A stretch of DNA of 58,437 nucleotides from Piptocephalis cylindrospora (taxonomy: Eukaryota). The translations under genes were made by a program, and so were the position numbers. The DNA lies in NCBI GenBank assembly GCA_003614145.1, contig KZ987728.1, forward strand, positions 1-58,437, in the 5' to 3' direction. The notes below the pieces were generated by a model. That model was not told the DNA's origin. It did no database searches and was given only the letters and a program-made list of their open reading frames with translations. Every line of letters starts with the position of its first letter. Positions within the stretch are counted from its first letter, which is position 1. Shown here one piece after another: positions 11,279-22,191 of this stretch.

Positions 11279-12875
11279 TCAGGAGAGAAGGAGAAGAGTA
11301 AGTGCATGGGTCAAGACGATGGTCCTGACGGTCAAATCCCTCCTCCCATTCAGCACGATTTGATCTCACCTACGTGGAAGAGGAGAGGAGGAAGGAAGAT
11401 CACACCGATGGACGATCGTCTCAACTCAGCTGACTTGCATTGTGAGCTAATCCGGCCCTCGTCCATGTACGAATCATCTCAATGTCTGCCGATGAATGGG
11501 GTTCGCGATCATTTCTGTGTGACCCGACCAGGCTAGCATGAGCCTATTTCCGGAATATCTCAGTATTTCAATATTTCTTTTGTTGTGTGTGTGCAAGATT
11601 CTTTCTCCATCACCACGATTTTGTGTATCAGTTTCGGTGATGGATAGCCAATCTTTGGCCAATGCATCGCCTCCTCTCTCTCCACCACCACGGCCTAATG
11701 CCCTCCGCTAACATCATAAATGATGCAGATGTTTGTAAGGTCTTCCTCTCTCCGTCTCCCTCTCCGACATCCTCATCCATCCCTCATTCCCATTCTTTTT
11801 CCCACTCATATCCTATGTAGGTAGATCTAACCTCTCCGTTCCCTTGGCCTAATCGTCGTCCCAGGGAAATCTCGAAGCACCAAGGTGCATCTACGGCATC
11901 TGTCAGAAGGAGTGGGAACGGGTATAACGGACGGGTGTGAGTTCTCTTCCCACACCAATCAATGTGGAAGACGATACAGGAGTACCAGGAGGAGGAGGGC
12001 CCGACATACACTCAGCCCCCCTCTTCTTACCCACACACGGCCGCCTTCTCCAGCTCAATCTCCGACTCAACTCCCTCCCAAACTCCTGTCAATGTCCGAC
12101 ACGGGGCAGCTGGGCTCTTGACCACTTTCTCATCCAGATGACCAACGATCCGCTTCATCCATCCCACATGTCCATATTTCCCCCCTCCCCCTCCCCACCC
12201 CCTCAAGCTGATCCTTCTGCATGATGGGGAGACCCATCTTCGCCGCCATTAAGGCCCTTCTCATCCACTCTCTAATCATCATCCTTTCATCCAATATCCT
12301 TCATATTGACTGAGGCGGAGATGGTAACGGGAAGGGCCAAGCAGGGACGGAGACGGAAGCAAAATGCGCTTCGTCTGTGTCCCCCACTCCATTCCCCTCC
12401 TCCTCTAGCCTTGGGCCATCGTTCCTTGCCCACTCCTCTCAGCCCTCTCCTCCCAGCCTGGGATCCCCCTCCTCCGCCCCCATTCATATACGCCGCTGCA
12501 TGAACCATTCTTTGGTTCACACCTTCCATTCCCATATTATCCCCTTTTCCTTCCTTGGCTCTTTCCCCCTCTTCCTTTCCCTTCCCATTATCCTATCCAC
12601 CTTTTTTTCCAATTTACCCCCTCACCAGTCTCCCTCTCTACCTTTCCTCACCCATCCTCTCTTCTTCCCCTCCACCCCACCATCACCTGACCTTGCGCTG
12701 GAAGGGTGTTCCCTCCGTTTCCCTACTCTCCTTTCTCTTCTTTTGCTTTCACCACTACCCAATAGTGCCAATTCTACTATTTCCTCTCTCCTCCCCACCT
12801 CGGTGTCTTGACGTTCACCCTCTACCCCTCCACCCTCCCTATTCCCTACCTCGTCCCCCCCTCCCCACCTCCACT

Positions 12876-14225
12876 ATGGCCCCACCCATCCGTCGTAAGA
12901 AGGCTCACGCCCTGGAACAATTCAATTTCCTCGTCGCTGGTACCTCCCGATTGGGAAAGTCCGCCTTCCTTCGGACCTTCCTCCACACTCTTCACATTGT
13001 CCCAGGCTCCGCCAAGGAGGCCCCGACCATGTCCACTCAACCCTCCTCCTCCTCCACCGACGTCCAGCCCTCAATGTCAGAGGCCCAGGTCAAAATTCCG
13101 GGTAGCTCCTCCTCCACTACCTCCTCCAATTCTTCCTCCTCTTCCTCCTCTCCCATCTCCCCAACCACGGTGACCCAGGTGGCCTCTAGGCCCTCCTCTG
13201 CCGCCTCCAATCACCCAGATGGCCCTCCCCTCCATCTCCTGCCCCAGGGTCCCACCACCAACATCCTCCCGGTCAACGTCATTGTCCAAGAGGGTGATGA
13301 CCGCTTTTCTCTAACCCTAGTGGATACCCCGGGCTTTGTGGATGATGGTACGGTCGAGGAGCAGTGCAGGTTGCTGCTCACCTACCTCGAAAATCAATTT
13401 GATGCCCGGCTCATCGAGGAATCCCGCGTTCGGCGCTCCACCCGCGCCATCCACACCCAAATGCACGCTTGTCTCTACTTCCTGGATCCAGCCCACGTCG
13501 GTCTCCGACCCGTCGACATCCTCGCCATCAGGAATCTTTCCCTACGCGTCAACATCATCCCCGTCCTCGCCATGGCCGACACCCTGACCAAGGCCAAGCT
13601 CCGTCGGGTCAAGCGCGCCATCCGTAAGGATATCATCACCCACTCCCTTCACCTCTACCCCTTTCCCGCCCTAGAGGAGGATGAGGAGGATGAGGACGGG
13701 GAGGATGGAGAAGCCGGTGTCGTCGTCGACTCGAGTCGCGTCCTTCGCGCCCTCCTACCCTTTAGCATCATCTCCATGGAGGAAGAGGCCCTAGCCCACA
13801 AGGAGGCAGAGGAGGAGGAGGATGATGACCAAGAGCAATTCTCCAAGGCCCTCGACGTCTGGTGTGATTACTCGGAAGAGGAGACCGAGGAGGAGGAGGA
13901 GACCGAGGAGGAGGAGGAGACCGAGGCGACCGAGACCCCCTCCAAGACTCAACAGCAAGAACCCAAAAAGGACAAGGACAACTCATCCAACGACCAGGAA
14001 AAACCCCAGGTCTTCCTGGGCCGTAAGTTCCCCTGGGGAAGTGTCCATGTCCTTGAGCCCCTTCATTGCGATTTCTCCGCCCTACGCACCTCCCTCCTCC
14101 TTTCCCATCGCACACTCCTACGGGAAATCACCATTGATGTCCTGTACGAAAAGTACCGAACTGAGCGGATGCGTGAACGCCGTGCTACCATGATTGCTGC
14201 TCGGCAATCCAAGTTACTTGGATAG
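12876..14225 (+). CDS. Septin-family GTPase (atypical, no C-terminal coiled coil)
   Basis: Basic N-terminus MAPPIRRKK; FNFLVAGTSRLGKS (G1); LTLVDTPGF (G3); HACLYFL; NIIPVLAMADTLT (G4 variant); LPFSII; GRKFPWG..HCDF..LR..L (septin unique element). The ORF part upstream of 12876 is pyrimidine-rich UTR-like sequence. Confidence 0.9.
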   Translation: MAPPIRRKKAHALEQFNFLVAGTSRLGKSAFLRTFLHTLHIVPGSAKEAPTMSTQPSSSSTDVQPSMSEAQVKIPGSSSSTTSSNSSSSSSSPISPTTVTQVASRPSSAASNHPDGPPLHLLPQGPTTNILPVNVIVQEGDDRFSLTLVDTPGFVDDGTVEEQCRLLLTYLENQFDARLIEESRVRRSTRAIHTQMHACLYFLDPAHVGLRPVDILAIRNLSLRVNIIPVLAMADTLTKAKLRRVKRAIRKDIITHSLHLYPFPALEEDEEDEDGEDGEAGVVVDSSRVLRALLPFSIISMEEEALAHKEAEEEEDDDQEQFSKALDVWCDYSEEETEEEEETEEEEETEATETPSKTQQQEPKKDKDNSSNDQEKPQVFLGRKFPWGSVHVLEPLHCDFSALRTSLLLSHRTLLREITIDVLYEKYRTERMRERRATMIAARQSKLLG

Positions 14226-14485
14226 AGTTGTCGGATGAATTTAGAGGATGAGGACAAGTACGAACCCTGTTGGCTTGGAGCAACCCTCCTGACCCTAGGA
14301 TTCCCCTTACTATTTATATAACCTACTCCCTTCCGGGGACATGCCCATTCACTTATCCCATGATACATTCTTTTTCTTATTTTGTTTTTACTTCTCTTTC
14401 TCTCTTTCTGACTCGCATTGGACAAATGACATGGGTAGAGTGGTGTGATTCATCATCCTGCGGGAAAGTCTTTCCCTTGCCTCTT

Positions 14486-15702
14486 CTATCCATGTCGGAA
14501 AGGCGGTGTCGGAGAAGGTGGGCGACCAAGGGAAAGGACCACCTCCCTCCATTCCTCCGTCTTACTCCAGTCCATTCCACTTTCAAAAATGATACCCTAG
14601 AGAATGATACAATTAGATAAAACAATCAATAAGAAAAAAAAGGCCAAAGACCAAAGACCAACCAGGCAGGGTCTTCCTCCTACATACTTGAAGGACTTGG
14701 GAAAGGATAATGCCCTGAGTAGCGTGTTCTCTCCAAGCCTGGGCGCATCTATAAAAGGCCAAGGCGATTAGGGCAGTCCTGCCATCCTTCATCCTGTACT
14801 GCATACCTTTCCAATTCCTCCTTCTCTTCCTCCTTGATCGTATCGGCCCCATCCCTGAAATGAGGATCCTCCTGGGTCTTCAACCGATAATATGTCCTTT
14901 GACACTGTCGAATGGTATCTGATAGGGCCGTGAGCAGGTGTCAGGAGATGCTGAATCATTACCCCATTTCTCCCTCCCTTACCCTGAACCTCATCCTGAG
15001 CACTAGTCAGTTGATCCTGCAGACCATTCAACCTATCCTGTACTTTAGCCAGTTCCACCACCAGATCATCTCTTTCCATAACCTGGCTCTTGAGTGCCCT
15101 GTTCACGGAGGAGGGAGAGAGGAGGCAGAGGGAATGAGAGGGGTCAAGGAAGATAAAAGAGGTCAGAAAGAATGGGATGATTTACCCGTTCTCTCTTCCT
15201 CCTCAAACCATACCTCTTCTCGTCCATGGGAGGATCCATCATCGGCAAGCCAAAGGATGCATTCCTCGAAGGATATAGCACAGATGCAATATGATGAGCA
15301 TCATCGGTCAATTCAATTAGTCCCTGCTCGACTGCCCTATCCGTTAACAGGGTATCCCGACGCTCTTGCCACTTCTTCAGTTCATCGGCAAGGTCAGCCT
15401 CCTCAATCATGGCATCCTCTACCTCCCCAGGGAATGAGTGGGTGGACAGGTCTTATTGTTCATCCCCTTCCCCACTCACCAAACTCGTTCAAACCACGTC
15501 CTTGACGTCGATCAAGTTGTTGAACCTCCTTAGAGAGCCGTAGGATGGAGCGGTCAAGTGAGTCCAACAAGTCTGGCGTCTTCTTACTCGGTTGAGCCAG
15601 CCTGGCCCCTGCTCTAGCTGAGAGGATCAGTGAGGTTAACGCACTAGCCGAGCCATTCAGTTGCAACAGCGGCCCTCCCTCCAAGATTATGCTCCTGGTC
15701 AT
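14486..15702 (-). CDS. Centromere protein H (CENP-H/Fta3/Mcm16)-like kinetochore subunit, about 6 exons
   Basis: The fragmentary ORFs join through canonical introns (e.g. 15479-15419, 15213-15099 and three further GT..AG introns). This gives a coiled-coil protein with VMERDDLVVEL and the C-terminus ILSQVLQ|GIIFESGMDWSKTEEWREVVLSLG, matching the CENP-H 'fq.lI.eSGvdW' motif. Start codon uncertain. Confidence 0.75.
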
Positions 15703-16007
15703 ATCGAGAATGGATGGGAGTAGACAAGTCAGGGCGGGATGGACCGGAATAGGATATGAAAGAAGGGACAAGACGCGTAAATAGTGCCTCGGATCAGGAA
15801 TTCTATCCTTGTCGGATCTGCTGTGTCCTCCTCATAGTACAAGTTCCCTCGGGAGCGATCACCACTTTGAAAACGCAATAACAACATTGACTTACTAGAC
15901 TGCGCCTTACTTGATGTCCCTGCACACTGTACGACGTAGAATACCACATTAGACTCTTTCTTTTTTTCCATCTCCACTCTTCATCCTCACTCTACTCTCA
16001 CTCCATC

Positions 16008-17585
16008 ATGCCCCCAAGAATCTGTGCTCTGTGTAAAGAGGCCCGAGCGGTTATGAAACGGCCAAAGACCGGACAGATCGTGTGTCGCGCGTGCTTCTTC
16101 TGGGTCCTGGAGGAAGAGGTTCACCAAACCATCGTGTCCCATGGACTTTTTCATCCTGGGGAACGAGTGGCCATTGCTGCTTCTGGAGGGAAAGGTAGGC
16201 TTGGTAAGAAAGATGACCTAGACATACCTCTCCAACTCATTACCCTCTCCTGTAGACTCCACGGTCTTGGCTCACATGATGAAGACCCTGAACGAAAGAC
16301 ACAATTATGGCCTGGAGCTCTCCCTTCTCAGTGTTGACGAGGGTATCTCGGGGTACCGGGATGATTCTCTCGAGGTAAGCCCTGACCAGCAGTACCGTGT
16401 ATCAGAACAATCCATGACACCGCGTACTCGAATAATAACATTACACCCCATGCCCAACGAGGACAGACTGTCAAGCGAAACCAGCAGCAGTACGATCTTC
16501 CCCTTAAAATTGTCTCCTACTCAGAGCTCTATGGCTGGAGCATGGATGAGATTGTCAAAGAAGTTGGAAGAAAGAATAATTGTACGTGTTCCAGGCTCAA
16601 TCATGTCCATTCACTCACCCATCTTCCCTGTTAGGCACCTTTTGTGGCGTTTTTCGTCGACAGGCCCTGGACCGGGGAGCCGTCATGTTGGATGTTCAGC
16701 ACATTGTCACCGGGCATAATGCTGATGATGTGGCCGAGACGGTATTGATGAACGGTAAATACAAAGGGATGAATGTTCATTTACCCCTTCCACCTCATCT
16801 CACCTTATTCTCTTTTTTCTAGTCTTGCGAGGAGACGTGGCTAGATTAGGGAGGTCTACGGACATCTCCACGGCGAATGAGGGGGATAGTATGGTCAAGC
16901 GATCCAAGCCTTTCAAGTATACCTATGAAAAGGAGATTGTCATGTATGTCCTTGATACTTTTTTTTACTGAAAGGCTTTTACTAAACTACCCTTTCCGCC
17001 CATGCCCAATCCAGGTACGCATACTTTAAAAAACTCGATTACTTCTCCACCGAGTGCACCTATTCTCCAGCGGCCTACCGAGGACACGCTCGCACTTTCC
17101 TCAAAGACCTCGAGTCCATTAGACCGTCAGCCATCATCGATATTATCCATTCTGGGGAAGCCTTGACCATCAGGGAGGATGTCAAAATGCCCACTTTACG
17201 TAAGAAGATAGGGTCGGGCACTAGGGAGAGGAGGTAAATGACTCTTTCTTACCTTTCTTTTCTCTACCACAGAGGTGTGTGATCGATGTGGGTACATGAG
17301 CAGTGGTCCACTGTGCAAGGCCTGTGTCCTCCTCGAGGGTCTAAACCGTGGATTGCCAAAGTAAGCGTGCAAAGTGGCGATAAAGAGATCAATACTGACA
17401 CTGCCTACTGAACACATTGTAGGATGGGCATTGGCAAGTCCAGTCGATCGGTATGTAATAAGCTGGGTCAGAATGGAGCAGAGTGGGACATAATACTCAC
17501 TTCTTCTCTCCACATCCCACAGAGGAGAATGGTGGCCATGGCTGAGGAACAGGATCGTCAGGCCAGCACGCAAAAGGGAGAGTAG
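16008..17585 (+). CDS. NCS6: Cytoplasmic tRNA 2-thiolation protein 1 (Ncs6/Ctu1), multi-exon
   Basis: CxxC..KRPKTG..CxxCF zinc finger; PP-loop SGGK|DSTVL (intron 16195-16255); [56 protein letters not shown]-terminal CDRCGY..CKAC. The final small exons (stop 17585) are less certain. Confidence 0.95.
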
Positions 17586-18097
17586 TGGTCATCTCACGAG
17601 GCGGATAGATACGTATGAGAAATCTATCTCAATTATTAGACACGCATTTATCGTTGATCCATAGTAGTAGAGATTGCAGTAGCATGATCGCCTCATGACC
17701 AAGGATGAGGTAAACCCATTCTCTTGTGTGGACCCATCCACCATGGAGAGGGAACCACAAGCACATATTTCCAGTATTGTCAACACTCATGACACATTCA
17801 TGCCACCTCTTCCTTATAAGCAAGATGGGATAGTGGCTCAAGCATCTCCTCAAAGGCTAGTGATTGTCATGTTATAAATAGGCCAGCTCTTGCCTTCAGC
17901 CCCCTTCCCCCTCTACTTTGGCCCTGAGCCAGCTGTCAGCGGAGTTGGTTGATCAATTTTCCTTCACGTCGGAGTAGCCTCTCTTTCCCTTGTTTTAAAT
18001 CACCCATTCTTTAGGGAATCAGTGCTTCACCCATCGAATCCACCTCCATCTCCTCCTCCCATCTACCTCCTTAACTTTCACCCACATCTTCAACGAC

Positions 18098-19811
18098 ATG
18101 CAAACGACGACACTTGCATTGGCCGCCCTATGGCTCACCGTGGCCTCAGGCTCCCTAGCCTCCCCAGACCAAGAAACCGCCGAGAACACTCTCAACAGAA
18201 TCCAACACGTCGTTGTTCTGTGCATGGAAAATCGGTCCTTTGACCATATGTTTGGCCTTTTTGACCACAACCCTGAGCTAGATGGGCTCGCCAACTACAT
18301 GAACACCACTAACGCGGCCAATATCCGCGATCCCAATAGCAGGGCCGTCCGCGTCTCCCGTGGCAGTCCGTACATTGCCCCGGTCAATCCGGAGCATGAT
18401 GTGGCCTATGTGACTGAGCAGATCTTTGGGACCCGACGAGTCCGGAAACCCTACCCAGACCCGGCCCCCATGAATGGGTTTATTCAGGATAACCTCTTGG
18501 CCACCAAGGGCAATCTGGAAACGGCAGGCCATGTCATGCAAGCCTTTACCCCGGAGCAGCTCCCAGTTTTGGAACAGCTGGCAAGGGAGTATGCCGTGGT
18601 AGATCGGTGGTTTAGCTCAGTACCCGGTCCTACCCAGCCCAACCGATCATTTATGCACTCTGGAACGGCACATGGAGAGGTGGACAATCATCTATGGCAT
18701 ATGCGGATGGGCTACCCCCAAAAAACCATTTACCAGGCCCTGTCGGAGGTGAAGAAGGATTGGAAGATCTATTATCATGACGGACCCTCTGCTGCTCTGT
18801 TCCGATGGATGCGCAGCCCCAAGAATCTCTTGAAGCTCAAGTCGTTCACTAAGAACTTTGCGGAGGATTGTCGGGAGGGCAAGTTACCCGCCTACACCTT
18901 TATCGATCCTCAGTTTTTTGACCGGAAGAAGGTGCTTGGGATGTTTGGGAAGAATACTTATGCCAATGATGATCATCCCCCTGTAAGTCAAGGATTAGAC
19001 AGGGAAAAGGATAAAAAGGTATATAGATACAAGACGTGCCTACTTACCCACTCCCTCCACAGCATGACATTCGTAGGGGACAGGACCTGATCAAGGATGT
19101 GTACGAGGCGGTCCGATCCTCTCCTCAGTGGGAATCTACGCTCCTGATCATCACATATGATGAGCATGGTGGGTATTATGACCACGTACCCCCCCCCTCC
19201 CGTGGAGTACCCAACCCCGACGGCATTGCCGGAGACGGCATCAATTATGATCGACTGGGTGTACGCGTCCCCACCCTAATGATTTCCCCATGGATCAAGA
19301 AGGGCACTGGTCAGTGAAGTTTTTGGCTGGCTATCTTGGGTTGACTCGCTTTATCCGCAGCTCACCTTCCATCCCCCCCCCCTCAGTCTTCCATTCGCCT
19401 CCCGAATGGGTTAAGCCAACCCCGACTAGTCAGTATGAACACTCGTCCATCCCAGCTACGTTGCATAAGCTATTTGGCACCAATAGGTTCCTCACTTCCA
19501 GGGACCGATGGGCTGCCACCCTGGAGTCAATGTGGTCGGAACTCTCTGCACCTAGGAAGGATACGCCCGTGGAACTGAACAATGCTCCACCTTACCAGAA
19601 GAGATCGAGCTTCCAAGTGGACAAAGAGGAGGCATACAATCTGGACTTATCAGGGCCTCTGACGGACATGCAAGAAGCGGTCTTGGAGAGTATGAAGGGG
19701 ATGAATGGGGATCTTGATTTAAACCGGACGCTTTCCAAGGTCGAAGCAGCCGACTACATTGACCAAGTTATGATTTCGAAGACTCGGGAGGCGGAGAGGG
19801 CATCTGCGTGA
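18098..19811 (+). CDS. Secreted phosphoesterase / non-specific phospholipase C (PlcH/AcpA/plant NPC family)
   Basis: Signal peptide [21 protein letters not shown]; motifs [72 protein letters not shown]. Introns at 18983-19062 and 19310-19386. Confidence 0.92.
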
Positions 19812-20289
19812 GGCAGAGAGGGTGAGGCATTGGTGTATTATGATAGAAGGGTTTGAAGTAGACTTCTGTGCAAAAGTGATGTCATTGTGGAGGATAGACA
19901 AGGTGAAACTTGCCTCGATTAACACACGCGAAGGGTCATACAGGGGATATCATACCAAATCATAAAACATAGGAGAGAAAAACTCAAGAGGTGAGCGTGC
20001 GCATGGGCACACTGATACGTCTTCTATTCCCTCGGGTACGCATCGTCCCCTTGACAGCCTCGACTCTATCTTCGATTCCTCAGGGACAAATCAAAAAGAA
20101 GCTTTCCAAAGTTTGAGGAAAGCATGAAGAAAGAGAAAGGGTATCGAGGAGAAGACACATGGACGCCATTCCATCCCCGGGGTCATGATCGACATGACAC
20201 AGGAGAGGGATGATTGAACTTGGGTTTGGTCACAGACACCATGCCCCCTCCTCACCATCACCACCTACACAGACACACAGAGAGAGAGA

Positions 20290-22191
20290 TTAAATGAACT
20301 GATGACCAGAGTTGGAGTCGGTGGCGGAGGCATCAGCATTGGCAGGAGCGGCAGTGGAGTCGACCTGGCTGCTGCCCATCTGGTCAAATTCAACGGCCTC
20401 AAAAGCAACGTAGTCTTGGGCCTGGAGGTAGAGTTCCTCAGAGGTGGGCTCGTTGATGGCACGGTTCTGGGCAGCCATCTGGACCTGGGCGACCTCATCA
20501 TCCTCATCACCGCAGTTCCCGGAGGGGATGTGAACCGAGTTATAGGGGACGGAGGATTGGACCTCCTCATCCATCTCACCGTCCTGAGCATAGGCCTGAC
20601 GACCCACCTCATCGCGCATCATGACCATCTGACCATCATGCTCAACCTCGTATTGCACGTGATCATGGTCAGCAGCAGCGGCGACATCATCATCGTAGAT
20701 ATATTCGGCCTCCTCACCCTGGATGCCGGCATCGTACATGTCCTGATGGCCCTGGGGCTGGTGGTAGACGGCCTCATCGACGTACCTGTGGTCGAGGGGC
20801 TCGGCCGAGGCCATCTCCTCGGGGGTGACCTCCTCAGCGAGGAAGTAGTCTCCGGACTGGCCTCCGGAGGCAGCGGCAATCTGGGAGGGGGAGGAAGAGT
20901 CGGCGACTCCGTATTCCATGGGGCTGGGGGAGTGGGAGCCGTAGGCACGGTCCATGTCCATGTCCATGGCCTCATGTTGAACATCATGGACCATGACACC
21001 CTCACCATTATCCATGTACTCAGCCTGACCATGGTGATCGACCGAGGGGACGGTGTGAGCCATTTCCATGCCCAGGTCATATTCTTCCTGGTATGGGTGC
21101 TGCTGATAGGCGGCATCGGGATGATCACCCGAGTAGTGCTGCTGAGCCTGAAGATCCTGCTCCTCATACTCGCCAGCGGAGTAGCCGACAGCGTATGTGG
21201 GCTGCTGGGTGGCGTGGGTCTCGTACTGCTCGAGGAAGGCTTCCTGGGTCATGGGCTCGGCCAGGTCGACGACCAGGGAGGGGGTGGAGGGGACAACCTG
21301 GCGGGAATTCTCGTCATCGGAGGCACGGTAGACGGTGGGAGAGACAATGCCCTCGGCGACCTTACGAGGGGCCGAGAGAGACCTGGAGGAGTCGATGGGC
21401 TGATGACCATCGTCCTTCTCTTGGGGGCCGCCGGCTCCCGGAGCGATGACGGCATCATCCATGGCCTTGCGGTCACGGTGACGACGGACTGTGGCAAACC
21501 CAGCGACGGCGAGGCCGACGGCCAGGACAGCGCCGACGGTCAAAACGGCGACCAAGGGCCCCCCGGAAAGGCCACCTTCCTTCTTATCATCAGCCTCTTC
21601 GGAGGGAGCAATGGGAGCGGCATTGTTAGTGACGGGGGTACCGGATCCGCCAACGGAAGCGGACCGAGTACGGATGAAGCTACCAAAAGGGGCAGTAGGG
21701 GTCTGGCCACTGTTGAGGGAGAGGATGGAGAGGTCGACAGCGGGAATGGTGGCATTGGCCTGGTCAGAGGGGAGGACATCATCCTTGAGGAACATGCCCC
21801 AGGCCTTGGGGAAGGCAGCCATGGGGGAGGAGTCGCCCTGGGGGAGCTGGGCGTTGAAGAAGGTAGTAGAATTGATGTGGTCATCATGATCGACGACGAG
21901 ATGGTGGGCGCCAGCACCGAAATTAGTCAGCTTGATGGTTCCAGGCCCAGTGTAATCGACGATGCGAAGGTCGGGGGAGGAGAAGGTAAAGCCGATGGAC
22001 CAGGGGCCACGATGGGCCAGCTCACTATAGGTGATAGAGGCGCCAAAGTGAGTGGCGTTCAACCAAGCGACCTGGTAGACGAGGCCCACACCATTCGGGT
22101 TGGCCTCGGAGATGACCGCGGCTGTGGCCGTCTGTAGGGTGGTAAGAGCGGAGATGAGGGTGAGGAGGCCCGGAGTAAGTAGCGCGACCAT
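20290..22191 (-). CDS. Type-I membrane protein with CBM2-like ectodomain and acidic Tyr-rich tail (paralogue A)
   Basis: Signal peptide MVALLTPGLLTLISALTTLQTATA; beta-rich domain with WLNATHFGASITY..PWSIGFTFSSP..IVDYTG; TM PLVAVLTVGAVLAVGLAVAGFATV followed by RRHRDRK. Strong GC3 codon bias; CDS appears intronless. Confidence 0.8.
   Translation of the reverse strand: MVALLTPGLLTLISALTTLQTATAAVISEANPNGVGLVYQVAWLNATHFGASITYSELAHRGPWSIGFTFSSPDLRIVDYTGPGTIKLTNFGAGAHHLVVDHDDHINSTTFFNAQLPQGDSSPMAAFPKAWGMFLKDDVLPSDQANATIPAVDLSILSLNSGQTPTAPFGSFIRTRSASVGGSGTPVTNNAAPIAPSEEADDKKEGGLSGGPLVAVLTVGAVLAVGLAVAGFATVRRHRDRKAMDDAVIAPGAGGPQEKDDGHQPIDSSRSLSAPRKVAEGIVSPTVYRASDDENSRQVVPSTPSLVVDLAEPMTQEAFLEQYETHATQQPTYAVGYSAGEYEEQDLQAQQHYSGDHPDAAYQQHPYQEEYDLGMEMAHTVPSVDHHGQAEYMDNGEGVMVHDVQHEAMDMDMDRAYGSHSPSPMEYGVADSSSPSQIAAASGGQSGDYFLAEEVTPEEMASAEPLDHRYVDEAVYHQPQGHQDMYDAGIQGEEAEYIYDDDVAAAADHDHVQYEVEHDGQMVMMRDEVGRQAYAQDGEMDEEVQSSVPYNSVHIPSGNCGDEDDEVAQVQMAAQNRAINEPTSEELYLQAQDYVAFEAVEFDQMGSSQVDSTAAPANADASATDSNSGHQFI

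Noticed and set aside
12555..12875. N-terminal ORF extension of the septin (similar extensions for the methyltransferase, FMP46-like and CWC21 ORFs)
   Set aside because: Non-ATG starts running through pyrimidine-rich UTR sequence; family-typical N-termini begin at downstream ATGs.
15729..15977. 82-aa minus-strand ORF upstream of the CENP-H-like gene
   Set aside because: It occupies the shared promoter region right up to NCS6; no motif and no convincing splice into CENP-H was found.
20045..20088. TTCGATTCC T-loop-like motif with a flanking GTCCC/GGGAC stem, suggesting a tRNA
   Set aside because: Too short, with no D-arm or anticodon arm; no cloverleaf can be built.
20302..22137. 611-aa plus-strand ORF antisense to paralogue A
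   Set aside because: In-register antisense shadow produced by strong codon bias; G/V/L/D-rich with no motifs. The minus-strand protein has a signal peptide, a TM and a paralogue.
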